From Eledone cirrhosa (lineage: Eukaryota): a DNA stretch of 64,000 nucleotides. The stretch spans positions 47,492,001 through 47,556,000 of the forward strand of contig OZ024741.1 of NCBI GenBank assembly GCA_964016885.1. Direction: 5' to 3'. Made by a program: the position numbers and the translations under genes. A model generated the notes under the pieces. It saw only the letters and a list, made by a program, of their open reading frames with translations. It ran no database searches and had not been told where the DNA came from. Below, piece by piece: positions 12,860-28,151 of this stretch. The stretch's first letter is position 1, and each line of letters opens with the position of its first letter.

Positions 12860-13714
12860 TTAAAGTGTGAAGGGTTATTATATCGGTCATGGAACCAAGC
12901 AACTTTCTTCATATATCGGCTGTTTGTGTATGAGTATACATACATATGTATATCTGTGTGAAAGGTCATTATATCAGTAATGGAACCAAGCAACTTTCTT
13001 CATATATCGGCTGTTTGTGTATGATTGTACATACATATGTGAAAGTGCGTTAGGGTGTTTGGGTTATGATCACAAAATCTTGATTTAAACTCTCAGAAGT
13101 GTGTTGTCTCCTTGAACAAGTCATTTTATTTAATGTTGCTTCAGTTCTTTTAGCTGGCAAAAAAAAAATGACTTGTACCTATAATTCAAAGGGCCAGATT
13201 TGTCACATTCAATGTCACACTGAATCTCCCTGAGAACTACATGTTAAATTTAACAAGCAGGCTGTTCCATTGTTCAAACAACTGGAACGCTTGTTTTCAG
13301 AACCAATAGAAGTCCAACATGTGTGTTTCTATCTATGTATATATATACATAGGTATATATATATGCAAGTCCAACACTTATTTGTATATGTATATACATA
13401 GGTATATATGTATGCAGGTCCGACATGTGTGTTTGTATGTATGTATGTGAATATGTATATACATAGATATATATATGTATGCAGGTCCAACACATGTTTG
13501 TATGTGTGTATCTGTATGTACATAGGTATATATGTATGCCAGTCCAGCACATGTGTGTATATATGTATGTGCTGATACCCATCTTTTTCCATTCAATGGG
13601 TTTATACACCCCATTATTAGACTATATTATAGTCAAAAATATTATGGCAAAAGCTTCTATTTCTATTTCAATTCTAAACTTCGCTTGCTGCGTTCCAAAG
13701 GTACTTCTTTTCTT

Positions 13715-15788
<2,074 letters not shown>

Positions 15789-15790
<2 letters not shown>

Positions 15791-16396
15791 TGGTGGCTGC
15801 CAACTCGTTTTCGAGTACGGCCACTACTTTATATCCATGTAGGAGAACCCCTACCGATGCGCTGAACGAGTGTGACTTTTGAGTCCAGCCAGCGACTTGA
15901 AAACTCTGGTATAAACACTACACTTGTGACAATTATTGACACATAGTGCTGGGCCCATGGTACCATGTGACAAGTGCAGAGAGATCTCCAGATATAAAGC
16001 AATGCCTGTGCCATGAAGCTTTTATAGTGAGCAAAGGCATTGCACAGAGCCAGTCCCACTCTCTTAACCAAGATGATATTTACCAAAAAGTAGAACAAGT
16101 CAACATCATTGGATACCATCAGGGCTGCAGGTGTTATATCAGAGTTTTCCTTCTCCTAGAATTCTGCCTTGACAAAGGCTAAGGGGTCATCTCTCCCGGT
16201 GATTTTGGATGGCCATTGACTCTTAAGAGCTCCTTTGCCCTTTGACAGGTTTTGTTTTTAGTCCTGCAGGATGTCCAAAGTCACCCTCCTCACCAAGAAA
16301 CCTTGGTGGGGTTGCCAGTTTAGTCGCCAACGACCCGACCATGAAACAGGTTGTACTGGGATACATGTTACCAGTAGCACCAACTGGTGACCTGAC
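15789..16396 (-). mobile_element. Non-autonomous ~600-bp bipartite RTE derivative
   Basis: RTE-5'UTR-like CTAGGAGAAGGAAAACTCTG joined to remnant C-terminal Cxx[10 protein letters not shown] zinc finger and 3' hairpin; other copies at 16440 and 31330. Confidence 0.7.
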
Positions 16397-16439
16397 ATAC
16401 ATATATATATATATATATACACACACATATACACACACA

Positions 16440-16850
16440 CGGGAGAGATGACCCCTTAGCCTTTGTCAAGGCAGAATTCTAGGAGAAGGAAAACTCTGAT
16501 ATAACACCTGCAGCCCTGATGGTATCCAATGATGTTGACTCGTTCTTCTTTTTGGTAAATATCATCTTGGTTAAGAGAGTGGGACTGGCTTTGTGCATTG
16601 CCTTTGCTCACTATAAAAGCTTCACGGCACAGGCATTGCTTTATATCTGGAGATCTCTCTGCACTTGTCGTCACATGGTACCATGGGCCCTGCACTGTGT
16701 CAATAATTGTCATAAGTGTAGTGTTTGTACCAGAGTTTTCAAGTCGCTGGCTGGACTTAAAAGTCACACTCGTTCAGCGCATCGGTAGGGGTTCTCCTAC
16801 ATGGATATAAAGTAGTGGCCGTATTCGAAAACGAGTTGGCAGCCACCATA
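16440..16850 (+). mobile_element. 5'-truncated copy of the same RTE derivative, inverted
   Basis: Reverse complement of 15789-16198 with scattered substitutions; encodes [25 protein letters not shown]. Confidence 0.75.
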
Positions 16851-17302
16851 TATATATATACATACATACATATATATATATATACACACATATATGTGTG
16901 TGTGTGTGTATATATGTATATATATATGTGTGTGTGTGTATGTATATATGTGTGTGTGTGTCTGTATATCTTTATGTATGCATGTCTTTATGTTTAGGTC
17001 CAGTTTATGTTCTAATTCTCTGTCAGGATTATTTTGTCTATTGACACTCCTGCCTCCCTCTGTCTGTGCTGTCATTAATGTTCTCTGCTCGTTAGATCAA
17101 ATTAAAATATTTTTCATTCATCAGATGTATTTTTTCTATTACTCAGTCTTACACTTTTGTGTTTTTGCAATGTTGGAAGTTGAACATGGAGTTGAGCTGA
17201 ACCTGAAAAACAATTCCAATTTAATTCAAACAACCAGGCATTAAAATGACACACACTTACACACACACACACATATATGATGAATAGTTTTATATATATA
17301 TA

Positions 17303-17471
17303 CTGAGGTGCTGAAAAGTTCCTGGCTTTGGGTAAAGGAAAATACAGGCGTATCAGTTAATTATGATTTTATTCAATTCACACACTCATTGCAGTGGTCC
17401 TACTTCCCATGTAAAGGTAACAGCTCTACTTTTTCTTAATACCCTTAAGCCAGGAACTATTCAGCACCCAG
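17303..17471. mobile_element. mariner-type MITE
   Basis: GGTGCTGAAAAGTTCCTGGCTT / AAGCCAGGAACTATTCAGCACC TIRs next to TA runs. Confidence 0.7.
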
Positions 17472-18410
17472 GTGTGTATATATATATATATATATATATG
17501 AAATACAAAATACTTTCCAAACATCTAAACACAGTATTTTAAAAATTAATAACAGTGAAAATCATGAACAAAAAAGTGGCATTTCTAACTTGAATTTCAA
17601 TTTTTCTTTCACAAATTTTGATTTGTGAGTAAGCATGTGTGTGTGTGTATGTGTATGTGAATATGTGTAACACTATTTCCTAAGTCACCAGTCCAATTTA
17701 GTCAGTGAAAATGTGATATCTAGGGATATAGAAACTATTAAGCTCAACTCCATTCAGTATGTGAACTCAGAACTAAAGTGTATGAAGAACACAGGTGGAC
17801 TTTTCACTGTACTTTAAATATACACCAGTAATAAAACTAATTCATAATTTATGTATTATATTTGGTTTCTGTTTTTTTTATCAATACTATTAACTAAAAC
17901 TCTTTCTCTCTCTCTGTGTGGATGTGTGTGTATATAGATACATACACACATACACAATGCATATACGTATATCATCACCATTTAACGTCTATTTTTCCAT
18001 GCTTGCATAGACAGGTTGCCACATTGTGAGGCAAGTAGGGTGACCCATGCCTTGTTCATACAGATCTGTATTTTGGCTTGGTTTCTACAGCTGGATGTCC
18101 TTTCTAAAGCCAACCATGTTATAGTGTGAACTGGGTGCTTTTTATTGTCACTAGCATGGCCACCTTATACACACACATACGTATATATATATATATATGA
18201 ATATAGATATACATACGTGTGTGTGGTCAATCTGTTTAGTTAACCATGATGTAATAGTAAGAAAAGCACTCTGTTATGCAACTCATCCATAGTTGATGTT
18301 GAATCCCGTGGCTGGTGCAGGAATGAAGTTGAATATTTATTTAAAACAACAGAAGGCCGAATCATATATACTCTCTGTTTGTGATTCCTTTTATTTTGAT
18401 TAACTAATTA

Positions 18411-18473
18411 TGCAATCCACACCTGATGATGATGTGTAACCAGGCCATTGAAATATATATAGTGTTTTTTGCA
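18411..18473 (+). ncRNA. Type I hammerhead ribozyme (PLE pLTR-like)
   Basis: acac-CTGATGA-stem II (atg/cat)-GAAA-tatata-TA-gtgt; outer tgca/tgca pairing; AATAAA follows. Confidence 0.65.
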
Positions 18474-18579
18474 ACAATAAAACATTAAAAGGATATCAGT
18501 CCGGCCTTATGTTTTAATTAAATAAGCTCACAAAAACAATGGTGTAGGACAGAACAAAGGAGAGCGACAAAATAACAAA

Positions 18580-18627
18580 TTAGCCACTGAGGAGGTCACA
18601 GAATGCGTAACGAAAGAGCTTTGACAA
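18580..18627 (+). ncRNA. Degenerate type I hammerhead
   Basis: CTGAGGA-gtcac..gtaac-GAAA-gagc-TT; stem I poorly paired; AATAAA follows. Confidence 0.4.
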
Positions 18628-19329
18628 TAAACAACTATCCTGTTAATAAACTAACCAACTTGAAATTTGTAATAAATTGAAGTGAAAAACAACAAGTGCA
18701 TGTGTTTTTATTGGCAGCATGATCCTCCCAAAGTATAACTATATATATATAATTGGTGTGGGATGCTTAAAGCATCCGTAAGTGGCAGGCCGTTTGAGCA
18801 CTCGTTGCTCTTACAGAGCAGAACATAAGAAACGGAGAATCAGTGGTGTGACGAATAAAATTTATTAGACATATTACAATCAATTGTAATAAATTTTATT
18901 CGTCGCACCACTGATTCTCCGTTTCTTATATGAGATATATATATATAAGCAGGGAAAGCAGATGTTAAAAACGATGATGATATATACACACATATATATG
19001 TACACAGTTCAGTTTTTGTGCTTTGGAGAAGTGCTACAAATGCCCTCTTCTTAGTGAGACAACTACAAGAGAAGTTCCTAGCCAAGAATAAGCCTCTATA
19101 TTTAACTTTTATTGATCTAGAATAGGCCTTTGACTGAGTACCTCAGTCAGTCGGGTAGAAGAGTGGCTTGTGAGAATAATGCAAGCCATGTACTGAGGAG
19201 TTGTCAGAAAAGTGAGAATAGGAATTGAGTTTAGTGAGGAGTTCATCAGGACTCGGTCTTCCAGGGAGATCCTCTGGCCCCTGTTCTTTTTGTGATATGT
19301 CTTGATAATGCAGTGTGTAATGCCATTGT

Positions 19330-20090
19330 ACCATCCGACAGATAATAATGAAAAGTTGATAAAGCCTCTGACATCCAGAGGAAGTACTACCTGAAACAGC
19401 TTACATAAATAATATAGCTCTCCTGGAAAACACCTACAGAGAAGCCAAGGAAGTGCTACATAGCGTGGAGGCTGCAGTGCAGTCCATTGGACTCGTCTTG
19501 AATGCTGACAAAACAAAATTCATGCGCCTCAATGCAATATCAAATAAACATGTGCTGGATGGTTCAGAGATTGAGGAAGTGGATGACTTCTTGTATGTTG
19601 GCAGTTTTATGAACACTGTACACGATGTAGACACCAAGATAGGCATGGAAGGGGGTGGGGGCTCTCAACTTCCTATCGAGAAAACAACAAAGATGAGGTT
19701 ATTCAAAACAACAATTGAGTCCATTCTCCTCTACGGATGTGAGTCATGGACACTGACAAAAACACTCAAAAAGAGGATTAATGGCACATTTACCTGGATG
19801 ATGAGAAAGGTCCTGAATTTATTCTGGAAAACACGTACCAAATAAATCATTCTATGTTTTACATCTGTGCCTTTCTGACATCAAAGGCATAGGAGGCTCA
19901 CATTAGTCGGGCACGTGCAATGTTACAATAACATTGATGGCAGAGACCTTTTCTGAAAACCTGATGCATGCAGACAAGTTGGGAGACCAACCACAAGGAT
20001 GAAGAATGTTCTTGAAGATGAAATTAGGCTGGAGGCAGGGAAAATTCACACGGCAATGTTAGACAGAGTGAGCTGGAGGAGGAACTTCAT
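19330..20090 (+). mobile_element. Degenerate RTE-clade LINE fragment
   Basis: GLVLNADKTK, DFLYVGS, ESILLYGCESWTLT in ORF 19453-19845. Confidence 0.75.
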
Positions 20091-20133
20091 TATGGCACCG
20101 GTAATGGATGTATAGAAGAAGATATGTGTATGT

Positions 20134-22140
20134 ATCATCATCATCATCACCATTTTACGTCCGCTTTTCCCTGCTTGCAAGGGTGGGGTGGGTCCTATTC
20201 AGCACAGCATCTCTCCACTTGTCACAGTCCTTCGTCATCTCCACCGTGAGCTTCAGCGATCTGAGGTCTGCTCCCACCACCTCTGCCCATATTTTTCGTG
20301 GTCTTTCTCTACTACATCTTCCTTCAATTGGCATTTCTTCACCCATCAGTCATCCTCCATGTGCATCACATGTCCATACCATCGCAGTCTCCTCTCCTCT
20401 CCCGCACACAACAATTTATCCCTCTCAGAGACAGTTTCTCTCTCAACACATCCATGCTCGGTCGTTCACGCACATTGGCATAGCACGTCCAACGGAGCAT
20501 GCTTGCCTCATTTCTCACCAGCCGTCGCATATCCTCTGCATCATGCACCTCACACAGGCATCATATAACCAGCCTTTCGTACACAGGGAGAAACCCTTCT
20601 TCGTCAGCAGAGGAAGCAGCTCCCTAAACTTCTTCCAACCCATCCTTATTCTAGATACTATGGCCTTGGAACACTCCCCTCCCATACTAATCTGATCACT
20701 TAGGTATCGGAAGCTATCAACCACTTCTATAGCACTCACCTGCATTTGAAAAATGTGTCTATCAATGCGACTTCTACTGTCAAATTTCCCTGTACATCTA
20801 CTGCATATGTATTTCTCCCTACCTGTTAGTTTGCCTGCTATCCCACTACATCTCTTGTGTACCCAAGATCTGTATTGTGTACATTTTATAGAAGTTATGC
20901 CAGTCCTTTTCTGCATATTGAACATGGCCATTTCCCTGACGGAATCAGAGTATTGTCCTCTTTTCTACTCATCAACACTTTTGTCTTAGGTAGGTTCACT
21001 CTCAGTCCTCTTGATTCCAACTGCTGTTTCCATACCCAGAATTTATTCTCCAGCTCCTCTACTGATTGTGCTATAAGAACCAGATCGTCAGCATAGAGAA
21101 GTTCCCATGGACAGCCAGTCTTAAACTCCTCTGTTATGGCTTGGAGGACTATAATGAACAAAAGCGGGCTGGGGACCGAACCCTGATGTACTCCTACTAG
21201 TATCTGGAATTCCTCACTAAACTCCATTCCTACCCTCACTTTACTGACAGCACTTCTGTACAAAGCTTACACTGTCTTCACAAACCATTTTTCTAATTAC
21301 TTGCGCTAGTATCCTTTCTGCCACTTTCATAACCTGATCCATCAGTTTTATGCCCCTATAATTGCTCCTCTCCGGAGCATGCCCTTTACCTTTGTAGCAA
21401 TTTATGAGAATACTGCTGCACCAGTCTTTGGGTATGATACCGCCATATATAGCCTGATTGATGATGTGTGCAACCAGTTTAGTGCCTACGTCCCCTGATG
21501 CCTTCAGCATCTCAGCAACTATCCCCGACGGTCCAGCGGCCTTACCATTTTTCATTTCCTTAATCGCCTCTTGGACCCTATATTCGTCAATCTCAATAGC
21601 TGGTCCCTCTGTCGGATCTACTGGAGGTAATTTCTCTCTCTCCTGTTCGTTCTCCACATTCATCAGTCTCTCATAATGACATTTCCAGGCCTCCCTTTTC
21701 TGATCATTTGTGACTCTAAGTACACCGGCATCATTCCGGACACATTTATCTCCAACAACATCCTGATTTACGCTGACACGCTGCCTTGCAATGCAGAACA
21801 CCGCACATCTCTGATCTTCCCGTCGCAGAACATTGGCAAACCTCCTGCTCTCAGCCTCCCTGCGTGCTAAGTACACCTGACGTCTACCTTCTCTCTTAGC
21901 GGCTGTATATCCTTCTCTACTCCCTCCATTTTTCCAAGCATTCCATGCTAGCCTTTTGTCTCTCATGGCCCTATCTACTGTGCTGTTACACCACCAGGTC
22001 ACTCTCTGTCTGGTTGGAGCTCTGCTCCAGCCACAAGTTTCTTCAGTAGCCTGCAGTAAGTTGCCACGTAAGAAATTCCAGTTATCATCTATGTCATACG
22101 ACTCTAAATCGTCTTCTTTTTCATCATACACATCTTGAAG
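20134..22140 (-). mobile_element. RTE LINE, 5'-truncated, with frameshifts and deletions
   Basis: NYRGIKL, GVHQGS, LLYADDL, PHD remnant and (GAT)n tail directly after the ORF. Confidence 0.9.
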
Positions 22141-22297
22141 AGCTTTCCTTGTCTGTTCTATGATATATTCACGAGGGAGTGGTTAGCATACAACGTCGGG
22201 CATGTATAGCAAATGTGGTGGAGGTCGGGCGGGTGGGTGGGAAGTGAGAATCGTAATGGCTTATACATACAATTTTTAACACAGTTTATAAGTCACG

Positions 22298-22305
22298 TAC
22301 ACATA

Positions 22306-22359
<54 letters not shown>

Positions 22360-22425
22360 CATATATAATATATATATATATATATACATATATATATACA
22401 TATATATATATACATATATATATAC

Positions 22426-22460
<35 letters not shown>

Positions 22461-22629
22461 CATATATACTTATATATACATATATATACATATATATATA
22501 CATATATACATATACATATATATACATATATACATATATATATACATATATACATATATATATACATATATACATATATATATATACATACATATATATA
22601 TATATATGTATACATACATATATATATAC

Positions 22630-22661
<32 letters not shown>

Positions 22662-22699
22662 GTATACATATATATATGTATACATATATATATGTATAC

Positions 22700-22781
<82 letters not shown>

Positions 22782-22782
22782 G

Positions 22783-22867
<85 letters not shown>

Positions 22868-22868
22868 G

Positions 22869-22927
<59 letters not shown>

Positions 22928-22928
22928 G

Positions 22929-22968
<40 letters not shown>

Positions 22969-22980
22969 CATATATATATG

Positions 22981-23020
<40 letters not shown>

Positions 23021-23056
23021 CATATATATATGTATATATATATATACATACATATA

Positions 23057-23106
<50 letters not shown>

Positions 23107-23163
23107 CATATATATATATATATATATACATACATATATATATGTATATATATATATACATAC

Positions 23164-23194
<31 letters not shown>

Positions 23195-23197
23195 TAC

Positions 23198-23228
<31 letters not shown>

Positions 23229-23231
23229 TAC

Positions 23232-23262
<31 letters not shown>

Positions 23263-23270
23263 TACATATA

Positions 23271-23308
<38 letters not shown>

Positions 23309-23348
23309 CATATATATATATATATATATACATATATATATAGATATA
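22298..23348. repeat. (TA)n/(TACA) array
   Basis: Direct reading. Confidence 0.98.
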
Positions 23349-23349
23349 T

Positions 23350-24287
23350 TTCATCATCTATATTAATGACATCACTGACATCATCAAACACAGCAACATT
23401 AGAATTTTCGCTGATGATTCCAAGCTCCAAAAGGTCATCGATGGCGTGGATGACCGGATAAGCCTTCAGTCAGACCTACTGGCTGTTACCCAATGGGCGG
23501 AAAAGAACAACATGTTACTGAACGAAGACAAATTCGAACTGATCCACTTTGGAAAAGAGGATGCTCTGAAACTCCCGTACTCCCTTCCCTCCGGTGAAAC
23601 TCTCGTGGCATCTAACAACATCAGAGACTTGGGAGTAACCGTGGACAGCAACATAAGCTGGGCCACGCATATAAGCAGCAAAGTTGACATGGCCCGCAGA
23701 ATGTGTTCCTGGATCCTCAGAACCTTCCAGTCGAGAGATTCCCACACCATTATCCTTCTCTTCTCTACTTTTGCCCGACCACACCTTGAATACTGTTGTC
23801 CACTGTGGTCTCCCCACACGAAACAAAGTATCATGAAACTTGAAGCTCCCCAAAGGGCAATCACGAAAAAGATAGATGGCATGTCGAACCTTGACGACTG
23901 GGGTCGACTAGAAAAGCTGAAACTTTACTCACTCCAACGTCGCCGTGAGCGTTATATTATCTGCATGATGTGGAAAATGTTTCATCATCACTGCCCAAAT
24001 GATGTTGGCATCACCTTCAAATTACACCCAAGGCTTGGGCCCCGTGCTATCCGTCCCAAACAAAAATCTAAATCGCAACTCATAACAACAATACGGCACA
24101 ATTATTTCACCTCAATCGGCCCTGCTCTCTTCAACATCACACCAGGACACATCAAAACAGAAACTGACCACACAAAATTCAAGAAGTCATTGGACAAATT
24201 CCTCCAAGTAATCCCGGACAAACCACCCACACCCGGATATGTCTCAGCAAACAGTAATTCTCTTCTCGAATGGGCCATGGTGCCCAA
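23350..24287 (+). mobile_element. CR1-group LINE 3' fragment, interrupted by the LTR element; resumes at 28440-28540
   Basis: Nearly identical to 51024-51961; FADD, RDLGV, RPHLEYC, LQRRRERY. Confidence 0.92.
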
Positions 24288-24521
24288 TGTGGTTAGAAAA
24301 AGCTATCTCACTTACCGCTTTTCACAGGCGCTGCTAAATTCCACTGCAGGTACTCCTCTTCCACGTGCGTCCGACTGCTTAACACCGGGAGCTGCCCAAA
24401 AACTCGTCCTCACCGTATGCTGGTCACCACTAGAGCGAGGCCCTCTCCTGGTCCTTCCGGTCGAGCATCCTTCCGGTCGAGCACTCCGCCCCCGGCCACC
24501 GCACGCCACACCATACCCACA
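24288..24521 (-). repeat. 3' LTR (234 bp)
   Basis: Direct repeat of 28152-28439 with a shorter internal tandem array. Confidence 0.92.
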
Positions 24522-24534
24522 CGCCCCCCTGATC

Positions 24535-27311
24535 TCAAGGATCAATTTCCCCCTCGTCCCTCTGCATATGAAAGTCTGCCGTCCAGGTTGGTGGTCTACG
24601 ACTTCGTTGCGATCTTCGTAGTATTGGGGCAGGGCTCTGGGTTTCCACCTCATCTTGGGTTTCCTCGGAGTCCGTCAACACAGTGATTCTTCTTACATCC
24701 AGGACATGACGTGGTACTCCGTCCATGGACACATTGTTCTTTGAATTTACGGCCGTCACCGTTCCCCTTCCCCATTGAGATGTGCACCGTGCATCTGGGG
24801 GCTTAACCCAGACTTCTTCGCCCACCTGCACGAATGCACTCTCTCTCCCCACTGGCCGTTGTGGTGGCGTGCACGGGTGCCGCCAATTGTATTTGAATAC
24901 TGCTCTATGTGGCACCGATTCCTCGACCTGTCCAACCCGAGGGGACATATTGTACCAGAACACTGCCTCCATTGGTGAGATATGGCCCCGCTCCGCCATT
25001 GCCTTGATCGTCCGGTGGTGTCGCTCCACAATTCCATTCCCGCTCGGCCTGTGCGCCGCTCTGAAGAAACGGTCCACCTTCCATCCATCGAGCATCTCCC
25101 TCAGTGCCTCCGAGCGGAATGCTGCGCTGTTGTCCATCAGCAGTTCGTCCACAGGGCCCCGCTCCAAGAACACCTCTCTCAACGTCCGCACGATTTCCTC
25201 GGCCGTTCCAGTCTTCATCTCCCTCCATATCGCCATTCGACCTGGTCCACAGTCGACCATCGAGAGGTACGTTCCCTGCCGGTAGTGCGTCACATCCACC
25301 GCTAATCGCTTCCAGTCGTGATCCACCAGGAGGCTTCCCGTTTTGTGTACACCCGGGGCGGGATCAATGGACTGACATCGGACGCAGCCTCTAACCACCC
25401 CCTGAACACTGTGTCTGCTAACGTCCGAGTCGATTCTCCTGGCTAGGAACAGGCTCCTATCCACCCCCATGTGGTGCATGTCATGCAACCCCTTCAGGTC
25501 TAACTCGGTCAGCCGACACACGGCAGCTATCTCATCCTCTACCTCCTCCGGCGCTTCCATCCAGGCTTTCTTCACTCTAGTTAAGATGTCCGCCCTATTT
25601 TTCTCTGAGGGCACGAACACTACGCTCAGCTTCAGGTCAAACTCGGTGGCCAGCTCTCCTAACGTTCCCAGGCGGCGCTTTATCAGCATCTCCGCCGCGC
25701 CTCTCGTTTGCACTCTCTTCTCACTGGTGAGCACTGATCTTACCCATCCGAGTACGGTAGCCGAGTCGGTGCGTATCTCGATGGTGCGCAGCCCCCATCG
25801 CAGGGCGAGGTTCACCCCTCTCAACACCGCGTCCAGCTCGGCCACATTGATGTGGCTGCAGTCGTCCTTCTTTCTAAGCCAGGCTGCATCCTCGACCTCA
25901 ACACCTCCTATCTCCAACGTGACACCCAGCGCTATGCTGCTGGCATCGCACCATACGGTCCCGCTCCGTGATTTGGGAACGTACCAGCATCCACGATCTC
26001 CTGCATCATGGCCACCGTTCTCTCTCCCACTCTGTCACTCCAAGTCACCCCTCCCGCTCGTCTCTTGACATAGCTGCATGCCGTCCGGAGCCACCCAGTG
26101 ATCGGGTAGTGACCCACCAGCTTTCCACACACCGAGAAAAGCTCCCGCCTATTCATACTTGGGCACAGTTCCGGAACTTCGTTTCCCCTCTGGAACACCA
26201 AAACGCCCGTCTTATCTCGCTGTAGCCTAAGTCCCAGCGCGGCTCCTCCCTCCAATGCTTCTGATGGCTTCGCAGTCAGTCCATACCTCCGCAAATGGCT
26301 CGTGACCTCCGCCGTCGACACCACCGACTCGTCCACTAGGATGTCGTCAATGTAGGAGTTAGTAGCCCTCTTTATCTTGTCAGCCCTCCCCAGAGCGGTC
26401 TTGAGGACCGCCGCCATGATCTTCGGTGCGGAGCTCAGCCCGAAACCGAGCCTGGTCAGGCAATATGTCCGGCCCTTATACCTGACCAGCTGATACCGCC
26501 AGAGCTTCTCATCTATATGCAACTGCAAGTAAGCCGGCTTTAGATCCACGATCGCTGAACCCCCCGTCATGCGTCTCCACTCACGCAGGGTTTCCCCACA
26601 GACATCCGTGACCTCGCCACCCGTGTGGCATGACACGTGCTCGTTCAGCTCTCGATAGTCCAGCACCGGCCTCACCTTGCTCTTCGTGGGTTGCACCACC
26701 GCCATCAACGGCAATACTCCGCACTTCACCTCCTCCTTCCAGGGAAGCAGTATGCCCTCTTCGATCCATCTCTCTACTTCTCGCTCGAACTCGCCCCTAG
26801 CGTTTCCCTTCAATGTGTGTTGATAGCAGCCCACTTTGGCCTTCAGCGTTGGTGGTTCTCCCTTCCAGTACCACTCAACAACCCATTGCTGCCCATCAAA
26901 CATGGCCTTGAAGTCCTTGTCCTGTACAGTGTAAGCGGGGTATTGCTCCTCGTGGGCCTTCTGGTTCTCATGACGTGCACTCACAGCGCATACCGATGCA
27001 GCGGCGCCAAACGACACACCGACATTGTTCACCGTGACGCCCCCTAGACGGCCAATCGCGTCCATACCCATAACCACGCCGATCCCATCCACCACACTGT
27101 CTACCACAATGGCGGAAAGCCTTATCGTCCTTCCCCGTACCGCTATTTCCATCTCGCTGCGACCTCGGCATTCAATTTTCCTGCCGTCGACTGCTCTTAC
27201 GCTGCTCTTCCCTCCCCACCTCTGCGCCACCCCCGCGGTCACCAGTGTCGTCGTACAGCCCGTATCCACGAGGGCTCGCTGTGGCTTCCCCCTCACGAAG
27301 ACTTCCACCAC
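24535..27311 (-). pseudogene. pol: pol (protease, RT, RNase H, integrase), frameshifted near 25990
   Basis: ALVDTGC; LDYRELN; YIDD; WCDASS/HINVAELDAV/RTDS/NRADILTR; H..H..CVRC; AVDVTH, MDN, NGIVERHH. Confidence 0.9.
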
Positions 27312-27322
27312 GGGCAGCGCCG

Positions 27323-28089
27323 CTACTCGTAAGAGGCAACTACCGGCGCAGTAGTTCCCCTTGGATCGTTTCCCTGGTCGCAGTTAGTAGCGATGTGGCC
27401 TGGTCGCTTACACCGGTAGCAAATTATATCCAGCTTCGACTCTCTACAGTCTCTAGCCATATGCGGGCCGTGACACCTAAAACAGCGGCCCCTAAATTCT
27501 CGCGAACGGCCGCGTGCCGAGGTTGCCTCCCTTTGACCATTTCGCTGCCAGGTGTCCTGAGCCTCCGTAGTCGCTATCGCCGCGACACTCTTTTTGGCAT
27601 CTTCCGCTATGATCCGGGCTTGTTCCACCAGTGAACGCATTTCCATCTCCTTGTACCCCGGGACTTGCTGCAGTTTCACCGCTATGTCGTCCGGAAATCC
27701 ATTGATGAATGCCAACCGCACCGTGCGTTCGCATTCCGCCTGGTAACCGGCCAACATAGCTAACCGCCTTATTTCCGCTGCGAAAATGTCGACGCGCTCA
27801 CCATTCCACCTGATTCTCGCCACGCCAGCTTAGCAAAAGCCGCCAACGGTCCCTCGGCGAATGCATCCATCAGACGCCTCTCAATCTTCTGCACATCTCT
27901 TTGGCTGTGCTCGTCCAACTCAAGGAAGAGTACCAACGCGTCGCCCTCGAGGTACAATGCAATGAGACCGGTCACGTCTTCTATCTTCTGCAAGCCCGCG
28001 ACCAGCCGAACCTTCCGCAGCCAAGCGACAACATCGCCTTCCCCGGTGAATGGCATGATAGCTTCGTTCATCCGTAGTCTTGTCGCCAT
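27323..28089 (-). pseudogene. gag: gag with two Zn knuckles, frameshifted near 27825
   Basis: PFTGEGDVVAWL..ALYLEGDAL; CFRCHGPHMARDC and CYRCKRPGHIATNC. Confidence 0.88.
27332..27374 (-). promoter_or_regulatory. -1 programmed ribosomal frameshift signal (gag-pol)
   Basis: G GGA AAC heptamer in gag frame, short spacer, stem AACTACTG-cgc-CGGTAGTT; the -1 frame runs open into VVEVFVRGKP..DTG. Confidence 0.8.
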
Positions 28090-28151
28090 CTTCTGATTTG
28101 TTTTGCGGCAAGTGTTTTCTTTTTCTTTTTTTTTCAGTCGCCGAAATAGCT

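Noticed and set aside
23446-24621. 391-aa ORF as a novel fusion protein
   Set aside because: It is a truncated LINE RT tail reading by chance into the antisense LTR.
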